Assembly (NCBI GenBank): GCA_964035545.1
Contig: OZ037768.1
Location: 22,415,319-22,479,318, forward strand
Length of the DNA stretch: 64,000 nucleotides
Origin: Bugula neritina
Taxonomy: Eukaryota; Animalia; Bryozoa
Reading direction: 5' to 3'
Shown: positions 37,280-50,402 of the stretch, piece after piece
Numbering within the stretch: position 1 is the stretch's first letter
How the letters are laid out: each line of letters begins with the position of its first letter
Notes under the pieces: model-generated
Seen by the model: only the letters and a program-made list of their open reading frames with translations
What the model was told of the DNA's origin: nothing
The model's database searches: none
Made by a program: the position numbers and the translations under genes

Positions 37280-38714
37280 ACTGTATCTGTATCTACTGTA
37301 TCTGCTTATTGTACGAGTCGCTTTGCTCTCTAATCAATATTCTCACAATCTCAAAGGGCATTTTCTTTTGTGAAGCAGCTTTATTTTCGCCATAGTTGTT
37401 TTAAACTGTTTAATCCTTGTGGAGAAGCATCTTCATTGTACCACATCTAGTTATGGCCATCTAACATTTATGAAAGGTTGGTAACAAATGGTACAAGTAG
37501 CAAATCATATAGCTGCTAACCACAGAGTAACTGTTTACTACAGATCTATAAATAAAACAACATTATAATGATGTCTCCGCAGCAATGCTAAGGCTTATGG
37601 GACACTATTGACAATAATTTTTCAATAAGACATGTTTGGATAGCTTTCAATTAGGGATGTTCATTTTTAAATCTCACTCGCTATCAATAAAACGCACTTT
37701 GCATAATAATGTCATCCTAGTTACCATCATAATATTTTTAAGCTTAAACTTTTTATAGGCTTGAATATTGCTAGAAGTAGAAGCAGTCGAAGTTGGGGGT
37801 GACTGAGTTTGTATCGACATACTTTTCCGAGCGGGAACTGAAGCTCCAAACTCAAATGATAATCATAAGGATACAATTTAAATTTGTGTTACTCTTAGAG
37901 TTAGTCTTATACTCATAGTTATAAACCATTATTAAATTATTTAGTAATAACTAATGGTATTACTATTAGTACCACTAACTTATCAGTGACCATTTACTTT
38001 TAGTTTTACTTAAAGTTAAACTTTTAGTAACTCTAGCACTAATAGTAATAGTAATAGTATTACTCATTACTGTAATAGTAATACTACGTAATAGTTATAG
38101 TTATACTAATAGTAATAGTTTAAGTTGACTTTATGTTATACTTAAACTAATACTTACTCTTGCTCTTAGTCTTATACTTTAGTAACTCACCAGTATGAGC
38201 AGGTAGAGAGTAAAACTAAAACTATTTAGTAATCACTATGACCATGTTACAATGGGGATTAGGAATATATATATTAATATTGTTGTAACTTAATTGTGCG
38301 ATTATAATTGATGTGATTATACTATCAATTGAATAGTACTATATGACTATTTGTATGTGTGATACCGTAAAGGAATTGCCTTGGTTATTGTTCTTGCTTC
38401 TTTAGTGACTCCTCTGACTCAAGATACGTCTGTCTTGGTCTCGGTGGTATCCGGGAGAGACAGCTAGATATTTCAGTAGCTCCACCTTTTTCCAAGCAGC
38501 ATATCTGGGACTTTGGAGATCAGCTATATCGTTATCAAGGTGTGTAGTTAGGCAGCTGCTCCTAGGTTTCCATATATGGTTATGTAGGAGCTGTAATGCT
38601 GATAAGCCAATAATACACAGCCAAGTCATACATTGCAGGGCTGGTACCATCCACGTAAGGACTGCTACCTATTCATAACTGTTTCCAAGGGAATGTACAT
38701 GTGATACTTAAGTA

Positions 38715-39064
38715 CAGGGCTGTTCAACAGGCAGCCCCAGTGCCGAATGTGACCCCCAGCCTACATTTATGTGGCCCTCAAATGCATAAAGCTGACATTA
38801 GTTTTCACACATACATGAATTAGAGTGAAAAACCACCTTTTAAATGTCTTATTTCTACATATGCTACAAAAGATGCAGCCTGCAGTAACTATTGGGACAT
38901 AATTGAGTAATGTTTCTTGAGAATATGGAATAAAATAATTTGAAAAAATACAGAAAAATACTGATGCTGTGGCCCCCAGTTCAAGCTGAAGTTTACAATG
39001 TGGCCCTCGCTACCGAAATATTCTTTTTCATCGGCCCTCAGTCTGAAAAGGTTGGACACCGCTG
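38715..39064. mobile_element. hAT-superfamily non-autonomous element (MITE), 350 bp
   Basis: Termini CAGGGCTGTTCAAC ... GTTGGACACCGCTG, internal tggccc/cggccc subterminal motifs, 8-bp TSD cttaagta / ctaaagta (7/8). Confidence 0.8.
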
Positions 39065-39535
39065 CTAAAGTATGTCTTAAATCATTGGCATTGCGTTAGT
39101 TTATACTTACATCAAAATTTAGTGTCCTCAAGAGTAATGTAAAGCATTATCGGGGTACCAGTCTCAATGGTATTAGTATGCAGTAGGTTATCACCTAATT
39201 CATGCTGGTTATGGATTCCTCTGTTCTTTTTATGTTAGTGTCACTAATGCAATACTAAGTACCAAGTCAACAGCACAACTAGTAATAATGTCATTGTGTA
39301 GTTAGTTTGTCAGATATTTGCAGTCAAAATGATTCCGAGTCCGTAAGCATATGAGTTACTAAATATAAAATGAGTATACAATAACTATCAATCCAGTTTA
39401 TTGTTTAGTAATTTTTGTAATAATTTATAATTATAATGCAATTTTAATTATTAAATTTAGATAAAGTTGTATATAATTATAATACAAATAATAATGATGA
39501 TTATAATATAGATCACAGTTACTTCAACTGATAGT

Positions 39536-42500
39536 ATGGACACCTATTCAGAAGATGTTACGTGTCAGTTCTGTCTCCAACCATCTGATCAAATGGTGGA
39601 TCCCAGAAGACTTCCCTGTTCTCACATGTTCTGTAAAACATGTCTATTAGAAGACTCAGCTAAAAGAGGGGTCATCATGTGCCCCGTTTGCCAACAAGAA
39701 TACACTGATAATGTAGATTCTCTCCCAGTCATGGCTGAAGAGGCAGACCTGGTTTCTGTAGAGAAAGACACGTGTACTACGTGTAAAAATCAGATAGCCA
39801 CAGGTTTCTGTGAGAAGTGCTCAGAGTTGGCTTGTATCCAACATTTAAAGGTGATTATTTTAGGATCATTCATCTAATCAACTTCCAGTAAATATAGAGT
39901 AGTACTTACAGCAAGTATTGAGTGAGTTTAAATTTTTGTAAAATAGGAGTGAGTTTTTGGTAGTTAACGTGATTAACTGAGCTTTCTAATACAATATATG
40001 TTCCATTAACATAAATTATAAGTTGCAGTTGTTTTTGATGGGATAACAAAATATATATTTTCTCTTTTTGCCAGGAAATATAAGTTGGTATATCAAATGT
40101 ACGAAGGGAGTGTTTTAAGCAGTTATAAAATGACTTAAGCTTTGGTTGGTAGGTAAGCATAAATTTCCACTCATCTGTAGTGTCATGAGGAGTTACTCCA
40201 CCCTCTCATACCCATTGAGTTATACAGAGAGAAACCATCACACTATAAGAAGGTACTGTGTGAGAATCACTACAAGGAAATAGTCATATCATGTGAGAAG
40301 TGTCCATTGCTGGCCTGTCCACAGTGTAACTTCAACACAAGTGAATGTACCGGAGGTAAAAAAGTCTTGTTTTAATTGTTTATTTTGGAATATCCTAAAA
40401 GTCATCTTATTCTGATATTTGGTAACTTTAGTAATTTCATGTATTTTTAGAAACGCTATATTATTCCAGTGATCACAAAGTTGTGTCAGTTGTCAATAGA
40501 AGTGACCAAATTAAAGAGGAAATCAAGAACTTACTAAAACAGGTTACTGTTAGTGCCACGGAGCTCGGAGCAGCTGAGAAAGGCATGTGGACGAAATTTG
40601 ATGAGCTAAGTGGCAAAAGCGAAGAACCTGAGGGAGGTTAGTGAAGAGTGATCTATTTCATTAGATTCAGCTTTTTTCTTAAATGTTATTTGTTAACGTA
40701 ATGGAAACAAGAAATTATTTGTGATGCTAATTGTTGCTGCCTCTGTTTTTAAGCAAAACTTGTAGGTTCATTCTAATTCAGTACGCCTTATTTAGGTGTA
40801 GAAAATTGTAGAGTTTAAGTTCTTAAGTTTTTTAATAGATTTTGTTTGGGGTGTGGGGTTGAACATAGCTTCTTTTGGTACATTTTTGATCTAGAACATA
40901 GGTGTTTCTCAATTTCTTCATCGAAAGTTGCTAGAAGCAGCACCGAGTTAATGACCATGAAGTGGGGGTCTCGAGTGTGGGCTTGGGTTCAGCAAAACTT
41001 TGATGACTAACAAAATATAAATTTATAAGTTTCACACTAAAAAACCATTAGTTTGGTTGCGAAATTTAGAGTTTTTACTGAGATTTGGTTTTTAAAAGTC
41101 CACCAGTTTTGTTGTATATTTCAGCTGCAGCATATCCCAGCGCTACCGAAACGAATCAGACTTATTCTGAAGAACAGCTGACTTTACTGGCAGCTGATAT
41201 TGACAAACGTGTTCAGAAACTAGAAAACAAGCAGAGTGAGTTGGAGGAGGTTCAAAAATCTACCAACTTGTTTCTGAATGAGTCACATGACACAGAAGTT
41301 GTACGTCTGCAACAAGAAAAGAGAGATCTTGTGAAGAAAGTCATGGAAGATGTTGATGAGATGGTAAAACCTTCCTTCGTAGAAGAGAGCTTTAAGAAGA
41401 TGAAAGATGCTCGGACTGTAGTAGGTGAGATGTAATATACTGATAATTTGATGTTAGGGAGCAGACGTGGTCTAGTGGTTATAGCACTGGCTTAGTGGTT
41501 CAATTCCTAGTAAAGGCCATTGCTCATGTTAGGAGGGGCATTCAGTAATAGTTGCTCACAAAAATCCTTCAGCCAGCTTAAAAACCCTTTCCATCTAGGG
41601 TTCTCACAGCGATGCCGACTATAAACGCACTCGTGCTCTTTTTATGAGTGAAGTAGAAATAATTTGTTTCAGCAAGTTTCAAACTAAACTAAACTGTGAG
41701 GTTTCTACAACAGGATTAGATGTTCAGAGGTTATCATAGTTATCAAGTATGAATTTCTAGAGCATCAGATTTGGCAGCTCAACTGTAAAAATACATCGGA
41801 GTTGAATTTCTGATACTTTTGAGTGGTGGTTAAGCATGATCTGTCAATGTGTTGATCAGATACTAGACTGAGTTTAGATGTTATATAGGCTGTAATGGCA
41901 TATAGCAGAGATGACGTTTTTTTTGAGAAACCTGTATTAAAAATAGAATAAATATTGAATAAACCATTATTTATGATACATTTTGTAAAATACTGTAGTG
42001 TGTCAGTTTGGCCCAGTGATTCTCTAAACACATTTATTGTTTAGTTACTTCACGCCCTTTGAGTCTTCATTTTGTTATGAAACTGCAATGACTGGTCTAC
42101 TGATTACTAACCAAGTGCCTCTCTGTATGATTTTTAATAAATCATTTCTCGGTGGGTTTAATTTATTAAACACATTAGTACAATCATATTAATTCCATTT
42201 GAACAGCACTAAACTGAATTTTCAATGAATTGTGTTTAAAACAACTTATTTAAAGTTTCATAACCTATTTTCCAGTTCTTTAATTTGACAGATGTGTGGT
42301 AAACTTTCATATATTTTTTTTAGTAGCACCTTGTCGAGTTCCGGTTCCAACCCAAACGCCTGCATTTTCTCCATCAGATGACAAAATTGGATGGTATTTC
42401 GAATTAGAAACAGCTTTCAGACCTGAAATAGCTTATCCATCACTGAGATTCCTGTCTGAAACTGACACCCCTAACAGGTGTTACTCTGTCAAATATGCAG

Positions 42501-43911
42501 AAAATGGTGATTTGGCTGTAGCTTGTGATTTTAAATTTTATATTTACAATGATGATTTAGAAGAGTGCGACAGTGTAAGGGCTAAATTTCCAACATGTGC
42601 TGTGCCGTTCGGTGAAGAGATTTTCTATATAGACGAGTGGAATGGTGGCAAAGTGAAAGCTTGGAATAGAAGTCGTAATACTGTTCAGACTCTGTTTCGT
42701 TTTAGAGTCGGTGACTCTGAAACTTCCATGCTCTCCGTGAATCACTGGTATATTGTGCTAACTCTCCCGGATGAAGAATCACTCACCATATATAATAGAT
42801 ACACGTTTCAAGTAAAAAAATATCGTCTTTCGTTTCAATCTAATGATGTCCTTCTTCATTCCAATAACCAACTTTTGGTTGTCTCGACAGTTAAAGATGA
42901 GATAATAAATTATGAACTCCATAATTTTTTTGGCCTAATAGAGTTGTGGAGCTACAATTTCACTGGAGCCTGCACCGTGTGCACTGATGATAACGGCTAT
43001 ATCTTTGTTGGGAGCTCAAAGAAAAGAGTTATTCACGTGTTGTCACCTTCTGGTAAGACATGATCTAGATTTCATATGTGGGTGTAAATTTGTTTCTTGA
43101 AAAGTGTGGATCTTAGTATTGATTTATACGTAGAAAAAATATTCTATTCTATAATAGGCTATGAAGCAGCTTTCCATTTGCTAAAGAGAGTGCCTGTGCC
43201 AAATTAAAAGTTTGAGTAGAGGTTGGTTGAGTATTAGTTTAGGGAGACCCTTTGTGGATGGTTGTTCTGTAATAAAAATTTGATTCGATAAAAAATATAA
43301 TGATGCCAGAAAGCCACATCTACAGCCCTGAAGTAATATAAATATATATAGATGGGTCATTTTACTTAGTTTAGTACACACTATATATCTTTGGTTTTTA
43401 GCTATTTTTCAGTTTAGCCACTAATGCAAATATTTTCTTGCATTAAACTGATAAAATATCAACATATACTGGTGAACGAGCAAGCTTTTTCTTCTAATTT
43501 TGTTTGATTTTCTATTTTTCATCCTAATTTTTTAGTAAATGTGGGTGTGCAGGCGCGATGCTTTTTTCATGTCGCTTGTTGATAGTATAACTACCACTTG
43601 TTGATAGTATAACTACCACTTGTTGATAGTATAACTACCACTTGTTGATTGTATAACTACCACTTGTTGATAGTATAACTACCACTTGTTGATAGTATAA
43701 CTACCACTTGTTGATAGTATAACTACCACTTGTTGATAGTATAACTACCTTGTGTTGTTATATTTCAGGAGAGCTAGTGAGTCGGTTACCTCACCGTCAG
43801 CTACCGAGGACCCCTAGAGGAATGAGTATTCGTGATGATAAAGTAGCCATTGCTGATTGGGACAATGAATGCTTCCGAATTTTCATGTTGAGGAATATTT
43901 TCAGGCCATAG
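39536..43911 (+). CDS. Tripartite-motif (TRIM) protein: RING, two B-boxes, coiled coil, divergent NHL/WD-like beta-propeller; 6 exons, 615 aa
   Basis: Exons 39536-39850, 40181-40355, 40451-40636, 41125-41424, 42324-43052, 43769-43911 join in frame (1848 nt). RING CQFC..LPCSHMFCKTC..CPVC; B-box1 CTTC..FCEKC..C..H; B-box2 CENH..CEKC..ACPQC..H; helical segment; propeller-like GACTVCTDDNGYIFV, IHVLSPSGELV, PRGMSIRDDKVAIADW. Confidence 0.85.
40793..40921. mobile_element. Degenerate copy of the 19014-19158 MITE family
   Basis: Shares taagttttttaat..ttt.gtttgggg and ctagaaca.agg..tttctcaatttct.ca with the 19 kb element; TIRs eroded. Confidence 0.5.
41457..41635 (+). mobile_element. tRNA-derived SINE, copy 2 (diverged)
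   Basis: gtggtctagtggtta (A box), ggttcaattcc (B box), taaaggccattgctcatgttaggaggggcattcagt; 3' part aligns with copy 1. Confidence 0.65.
43575..43752. repeat. 22-bp minisatellite (cttgttgatagtataactacca), ~8 copies, next to an acceptor
   Basis: Near-perfect copies ending ~15 nt before the AG at 43767-43768. Confidence 0.95.
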
Positions 43912-46353
43912 ATAACTCAAAGTAATCTTCTTTGTGGTTATGGTGCAAAATATAGTGCCGATATATTTAGTCTCTTGAAAGTTGCAAAATGACAGCTCAA
44001 TTCATGGGTTACTGAGTGTTGGTTGGCAGAACTTCGATTTCCCACATTTTCAGGATCTTTTAAAATACACATAATATATATTTTGATGAAATTTTAAGCT
44101 ATATTTTAAGTATAAACACTTAGATATCTGCTGGATATCAATAGCGTTTTGCAATATTTATATTCAAGCTGACAGGCTATTTTATAAGTGATTTTCAAAT
44201 ATATCTTGGTGCAGCATCATTTTACTAAATACTCTCATTTCAGGCAATGATTCCATTACTGGAATTATTAAATAATAAACTATTTTTTACTAATTACGTT
44301 ATAATCTGACCAACATTTTGTCACATATCATTTGTACCTAAACCATAGCTGTGCCAGTTACTCACAGACTTTGCTATAAAATAATAAAATTATGTTTGTA
44401 CACTAAAATGCAAACTACTCCATTATATAATTTTAAAGAATTAAGTTTTTCCTTTTATACTTTGAATAGGAAGTTGCTATTTCCACTCTTCAGAGCAAAA
44501 CATAGGAATCACAAACATAATCAACGCTGGAATATGAATGAGCTGAATCCTTTAATCAAATAGTTACAAATATAAAAAAAATATAAGTATGAGGGCTATT
44601 TGAAAAGTAAAAATAATTTCTTCATAAAACAAAATATGTAGTACTGTTGTGTTTTAATATATAAATATATTGTCGCAGACTGAAAGAGAAGACCAACTAG
44701 ATAAATTATAGGTGTTAAGTGTAGTTGCAAGTGAAAATACAAGGGTCTGAATAACAGAAAATGTTGGGTTTATTAAAAAGTTAGCTATTTTGTAGTAGCC
44801 AGAATCTTTGTAGAAAAAGCATAATGTAGCTAATATAGCTATGCTAATACAAGTAAAGCTATATGAATTAGGAAAAGCTTTCCCATCTTATATAATGTCC
44901 CAACAAGTACATGCTTGATTTTTAGGATTATGTTGTTTTTGGGGCTTTAAGAGTGTATTTTATTTGAAACTATACTATTAAATTGTGCTGATGTCTAGGG
45001 ACTATATTATATCTATTAATAACCTCTTAATGCATTAAAAACTACAAATCACTCACTAAAAATACAACAAATATTAAATTGGTGACATTATGTAATGTGA
45101 GCAGGCTAAATAACTAGGTAAGATGTGCTAAATGGTAGGTTCAGTTGCGATACAAAATAAAAATGTTTTGTATGTTTGATCTTTTGCAGAGTAGATACTG
45201 CATTTATTTTATTACTAATATAGTAATAACTAATATGCCAGCATTACTAGTAATTGTAATAAAGTTTATAAATTGGAGTAAAACTGGTTGACATTGAAGA
45301 TAGGTCACCTTCATAAAAAGTTAATTTAAAACAAAAACTATTCTATTGTGTGACAATTAGATCTAAAACAGCTGTTAGCCTCACCCACGTTTATTGGCAC
45401 CAAAGGTAAATCATGCCTCATGACAGTTATTTTGGAACTATTCTATTGTGTACAAATTAGATCTGAAGCTGCTACACACCTTAAGTATACCTCATTTTAA
45501 TTATGCAAATAAGAATAGGGTGGTGAATGCAATGGAACTCCTATAGAGTTTGCCAAGACCATTTACAAGTAGAAGTGGTGATGCTAAATTTACAATTTAA
45601 GAGAGTCAAAGTATCAGAGTGAGCTTTCTGCAACATGGAATGTTTCTGTTTATGCTTAACTCTTACTTCTGTATTTCACAAGTTATGTTTTCAAGATATT
45701 CCACCAGTTCACTAAAATATGGCTCTTTCAATGCTGAAGTTTGCCCATTTCTTGGAGACTTGCAGAAGGATGACTGCTGCGACAGGTTGATGTAATTATA
45801 AATGATCATATCTGCTCTATCACGGCATGTAGACTGCAGTGTACCTACAACGTTTTCAGGAAGTATGAAATACATATTTGAAAGCAATAGACTTATTATT
45901 CAAATAGGGAAGTTGAAATATATATAATTTAAATGAATTAAATATCATAATCTTACATGGATATTGGTCGAAATAAGACATGTCATAAAACATCTGTACA
46001 AGGAAACTACCACAAAGGTGGTAGGTAACACATGAAGCTGAGACAAACAAAAATTTGAATAAATGTTTACCTGCAAAGGTTACTAATTTTAAATATACAT
46101 GTATATATACCATAGAGGCTATGTATGTATATAAAAGATGTTAACATGGTACTAACCAGTTATATTGTTATTCTCTTCAGCCACATCTGATCAGGATGAA
46201 AGCTCAGACTTCAAGATATTGATTTATGAGAAAATGTGTTGAATAAACAACAACCAACAATGCCATAAGTTGAACTGTTAAAATTTTCTAACTGCTCTTT
46301 AAGGGTAGGGGGGATAGCTTTGTTGAACAACATAGCTAAACCATAGACTCGAA

Positions 46354-49300
46354 AGCCTGTTGAACTCACAATTACTCCCATGACTTGAACAAAAACTGTT
46401 GTAACTTCCAAGCAGAAGAATATTAAAAACAATATATACTAGAGTTGAAACTTGCCTTCCTTCTTTGCCAAGGCAATCGTTGGACAATGGAAGACTTAAC
46501 TGAAGTCAGAAAAAACGGAAAATGTAAGCTTCTGAATTATAACACAACTGGAGAATCAAATAGAAAAGCTTGAGCTAGTTGCAAAATAACAGATCACAGA
46601 AAAGTGAAAGTTTTTATCTCGCAGGCTCTGCCTCTGCTGTTTAATCAGTTGGTGCTGTTGAATATATCCAACTGACAACAGAGTTGACAGTTGCATTTAT
46701 TATCACTCAATTGGTAAGCAAAGTGCTAGTGAATAGCTAATAAGTGGACAATTAATTGGCTTGATGGATAAAACAAAATTTAATCCTTGCTAAATTGGCT
46801 TTTTAACATATTTACCTTTATTAAAAACTTCTTGCATTACTTTAAAAAAATTGAAAGCTAAAGCGCTGCAAGAGAGAAAAACAGTCTCACGAACTTAGTT
46901 TTCTTTCAGATTCTCAGTGTTTTTGGCACTGGATAACATGTGAAATCAAGGAAAAATGCAAAATTATAAGATGGCATTTGAAGTTCACTGCTATTCCGAC
47001 TGACCAAAGATTTCATAAAAAGAAGGCAACAGTCTTTGGGACTTGGTAAACATGTAGGGATTGATTTACTTCTGGAAAACATCAGTGACCAACAAACAGA
47101 CCTACACAGCTATTAGGCATTACCAAAAAACATAACTAAATATGAGTTCAATGTTTAAAACTTGGCAGCAATCAAAAAAATGATTACCTGTTCTTTTTGT
47201 AATTCAGTATTTAAACTAGCTAGAAATGTAGTAACAAATTTATTTCAATCTGCAAATATGCAATAAAATTTTGAGATTTGTTGCTTTTGCATCTGATCAT
47301 GGTTCTGCTATCCCAGATCAAGACTTAGAATATGCCTTCATTGTGGAGCGTGACAAGACATGTTGAGTAACTCGCTGAGTTAGCAATTGTTGAGAATTGG
47401 AAATATGAGAGAATACCAGTAATATTAATAATTATAAGAAAGTTTATAAATCAGATTAAGGGGAACACGGACATCAACACACATACACCAATACCATCAG
47501 AAAAACAGCAGCAGGCAGAAGCAGCAATAGTGTAAAGAAAAACACTACTAGTAGTAGTGCAGTTAATATAATTAATTTATATATTGGCCACTGTTCACGT
47601 GCTGACTGTTGTTGTAGCCTGTTGAACTCACAATTACTCCCATGACTCAAACAACAACTGTTGTAACTTCCAAGCAGAAGAATATTAAAAACAATATATA
47701 CTAGAGTTGAAACTTGCCTTCCTTCTTTGCCAAGGCAATCATTGGACAATGGAAGACTTAACTGAAGTCAGAAAAACGGAAAATGTCAGCTTCTGAATTA
47801 TAACACAACTGGAGAATCAAATAGGAAAGCTTGAGCTAGTTGCAAAATAACAGATCATAAAAAAGTGAAAGCTCTTGCCTCTGTTGCTCGCAGGCTCTGC
47901 CTCTGCTGTTTAAGTGCGTTGGGTGAAAATAGTACTGTTGAATATATCCAACTGACAACAGAGTTGACAGTTGCATTTATTATCACCCAATTGGTAAGCA
48001 GAGTGCTAGTGAATAGCTAGTGAGTGGACAATTAATTGGCTTGATGGATAAAACAAAATTTAATCCTTGCTAAATTGGCTTTTTAACATATTTACCTTTA
48101 TTAAAAACTTCTTGCATTACTTTAAAAAAAATTGAAAGCTAAAGCATTGCAACCAAGGTTGGTAAGAGAGAAAAACAGTCTCACGCACTTAGCTTTCTTT
48201 CAGATTCTCAGTGTTATTGGCACTGGATAACATGTGAAATCAAGGAAAGAATGCAAAATTCTATGATGGCATTTGATTTACCCCTGGAAAACATCATCGA
48301 CCAACAAATAGAAATACACAGCTATTAAGTTACTTGCAAGCTCTTGGATGGTACAAAAGGTTGACTTTCAGGTGCCTCAACATGTGTTTTATTTATCAAC
48401 ATGCATATTTTAATACCAAACGGGTTTTTGGCCGGAAAACAGGCTCTGTGACTCGTCAGAAGGATCTAGGTGACCTACCTCTTTTCTTCTAAGGAGGACT
48501 GGATCCAGCAGAGCCCTACTTTGAGGGGGCGGTGGAGGCTGTACGTCTGGAGCCAAGAGATGCTAAATATGAGTTCAATGTTTAAAACTTGGCAGCAATC
48601 AAAAAAATGATTACCTGTTATTTTTTGTAACTCAGTATTTAAACTAGCTAGAAATGTAGTGACAAATTCATTTCAATCTGCAATTATGCAGTAAAATTTT
48701 GAGATTTGTTGCTTTTGCATTTGATCATGGTTATGCTATCCCAGATCAAGACTTAGAATATGCCTTCATTGTGGAGCGTGACAAGACATGTTGAGTAACT
48801 CACTGAGTTAGCAATTGTTGAGAATTGAAAATATGAGAGAATACCAGTAATATTAATAATTATAAGAAAGTTTATAAATCAGATTAAGGGGAACACGGAC
48901 ATCAACACACATACACCAATACCATCAGAAAAACAGCAGCAGGCAGAAGCAGCAATAGTGTAAAGAAAAACACTACTAGTAGTAGTGCAGTTAATATAAT
49001 TAATTTATACATTGGCCACTGTTCACGTGCTGACTGTTGTTGTAGCCTGTTGAACTCACAATTACTCCCATGACTCAAACAACAACTGTTGTAACTTCCA
49101 AGCAAAAGAATATTAAAAACAATATATACTAGAGTTAAAACTTGCCTCCCTTCTTTGCCAAGGCAATCATTGGACAATGGAAGACTTAACTGAAGTCAGA
49201 AAAAACGGAAAATGTAAGCTTCTGAATTATAACACAACTGGAGAATCAAATAGGAAAGCTTGAGCTAGTTGCAAAATAACAGATCATAAAAAAGTGAAAG

Positions 49301-50058
49301 CTCTTGCCTCTGTTGCTCGCAGGCTCTGCCTCTGCTGTTTAAGTGCGTTGGGTGAAAATAGTACTGTTGAATATATCCAACTGACAACAGAGTTGACAGT
49401 TGCATTTATTATCACTCAATTGGTAAGCAGAGTGCTGGTGAATAACTAGTGAATGGACAATTAATTAATTGGCTTGATGGATCAAACAAAAGTTAATCCT
49501 TGCTAAGTTGGCTTTTCAACATGCTTACCTTTATTAAAAACTTCTTGCATTACTTTAAAAAAAATTGAAAGCTAAAGCATTGCAACCAAGGTTGGTAAGA
49601 GAGAAAAACAATCACGCACTTAGCTTTCTTTCAGATTCTCAGTGTTTTTGGCACTGGATAACATGTGAAATCAAGGAAAAAATGCAAAATTCTATAATGG
49701 CATTTGATTTACCCCTGGAAAACATCATCGACCAACAAATAAAAATACACAGCTATCAAGATTTACCAGATAACATAACTAAATATGAGTTCAATGTTTA
49801 AAACTTGGCAGCAATCAAAGAAATGATTACTTGTTCTTTTTTGTAATTCAGTATTTAAACTAGCTAGAAATGTAGTGACAGATTTATTTCAATCTGCAAA
49901 TATGCAATAAAATTTTGAGATTTGTTGTTTTTGCATTTGATCATGGTTATGCTATCCCAGATCAAGACTTAGAATACGCCTTCATTGTGGAGCCTGACAA
50001 GACATGTTGAGTAACTCATAGAGCTAGCAATTGTTAGGAAATGGAAATATAAGAGAAT
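46354..50058 (+). repeat. Tandem triplication of a ~1.05-kb core with a ~200-bp junction filler (copy starts 46354, 47616, 49044)
   Basis: agcctgttgaactcacaattactccca recurs at the three starts; high identity; same filler at 47414-47615 and 48843-49043; copy 2 has an extra ~235-bp insert at ~48328-48562. Confidence 0.92.
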
Positions 50059-50402
50059 CTCTATTGAAAAGCTTTGACAAAGCTACGACAGACCAATCAT
50101 TGTGATAACGCAGCTATTAGATTTCATATTGACAGCCTTTCAGAAAAAGCAGGGTATATTTCTACCAAAAGAAGTAACATCCAATTACTGTTTGTATTCA
50201 GAAAAACTATGAGTGAGCAAGTATTACGAAAAAATTAGGAACAATTCAACTCATAATGCTAGTTTTTTTTTCTAATAAATACAACTACCTGTCCATAAAG
50301 CATAGGTAGTAAAGCATATTATATTCTATTATACCATAATTTGATATTTACGCTTACTGTGCATTGTGCTTGGGTGTCATTAAGTACATTTGTAGCCTAA
50401 CA

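Noticed and set aside
38402-38700. 82-aa minus-strand ORF, faintly reminiscent of an RTE LINE 5' region
   Set aside because: No recognisable domain or splice support; similarity too weak to call without a search.
46299-49177. Three similar minus-strand ORFs MSNDCLGKEGRQ... with a hydrophobic C-terminus, resembling a small membrane-protein family
   Set aside because: They start at non-ATG codons, arise from the triplication and span the filler junction; the decayed coding signal is on the + strand.
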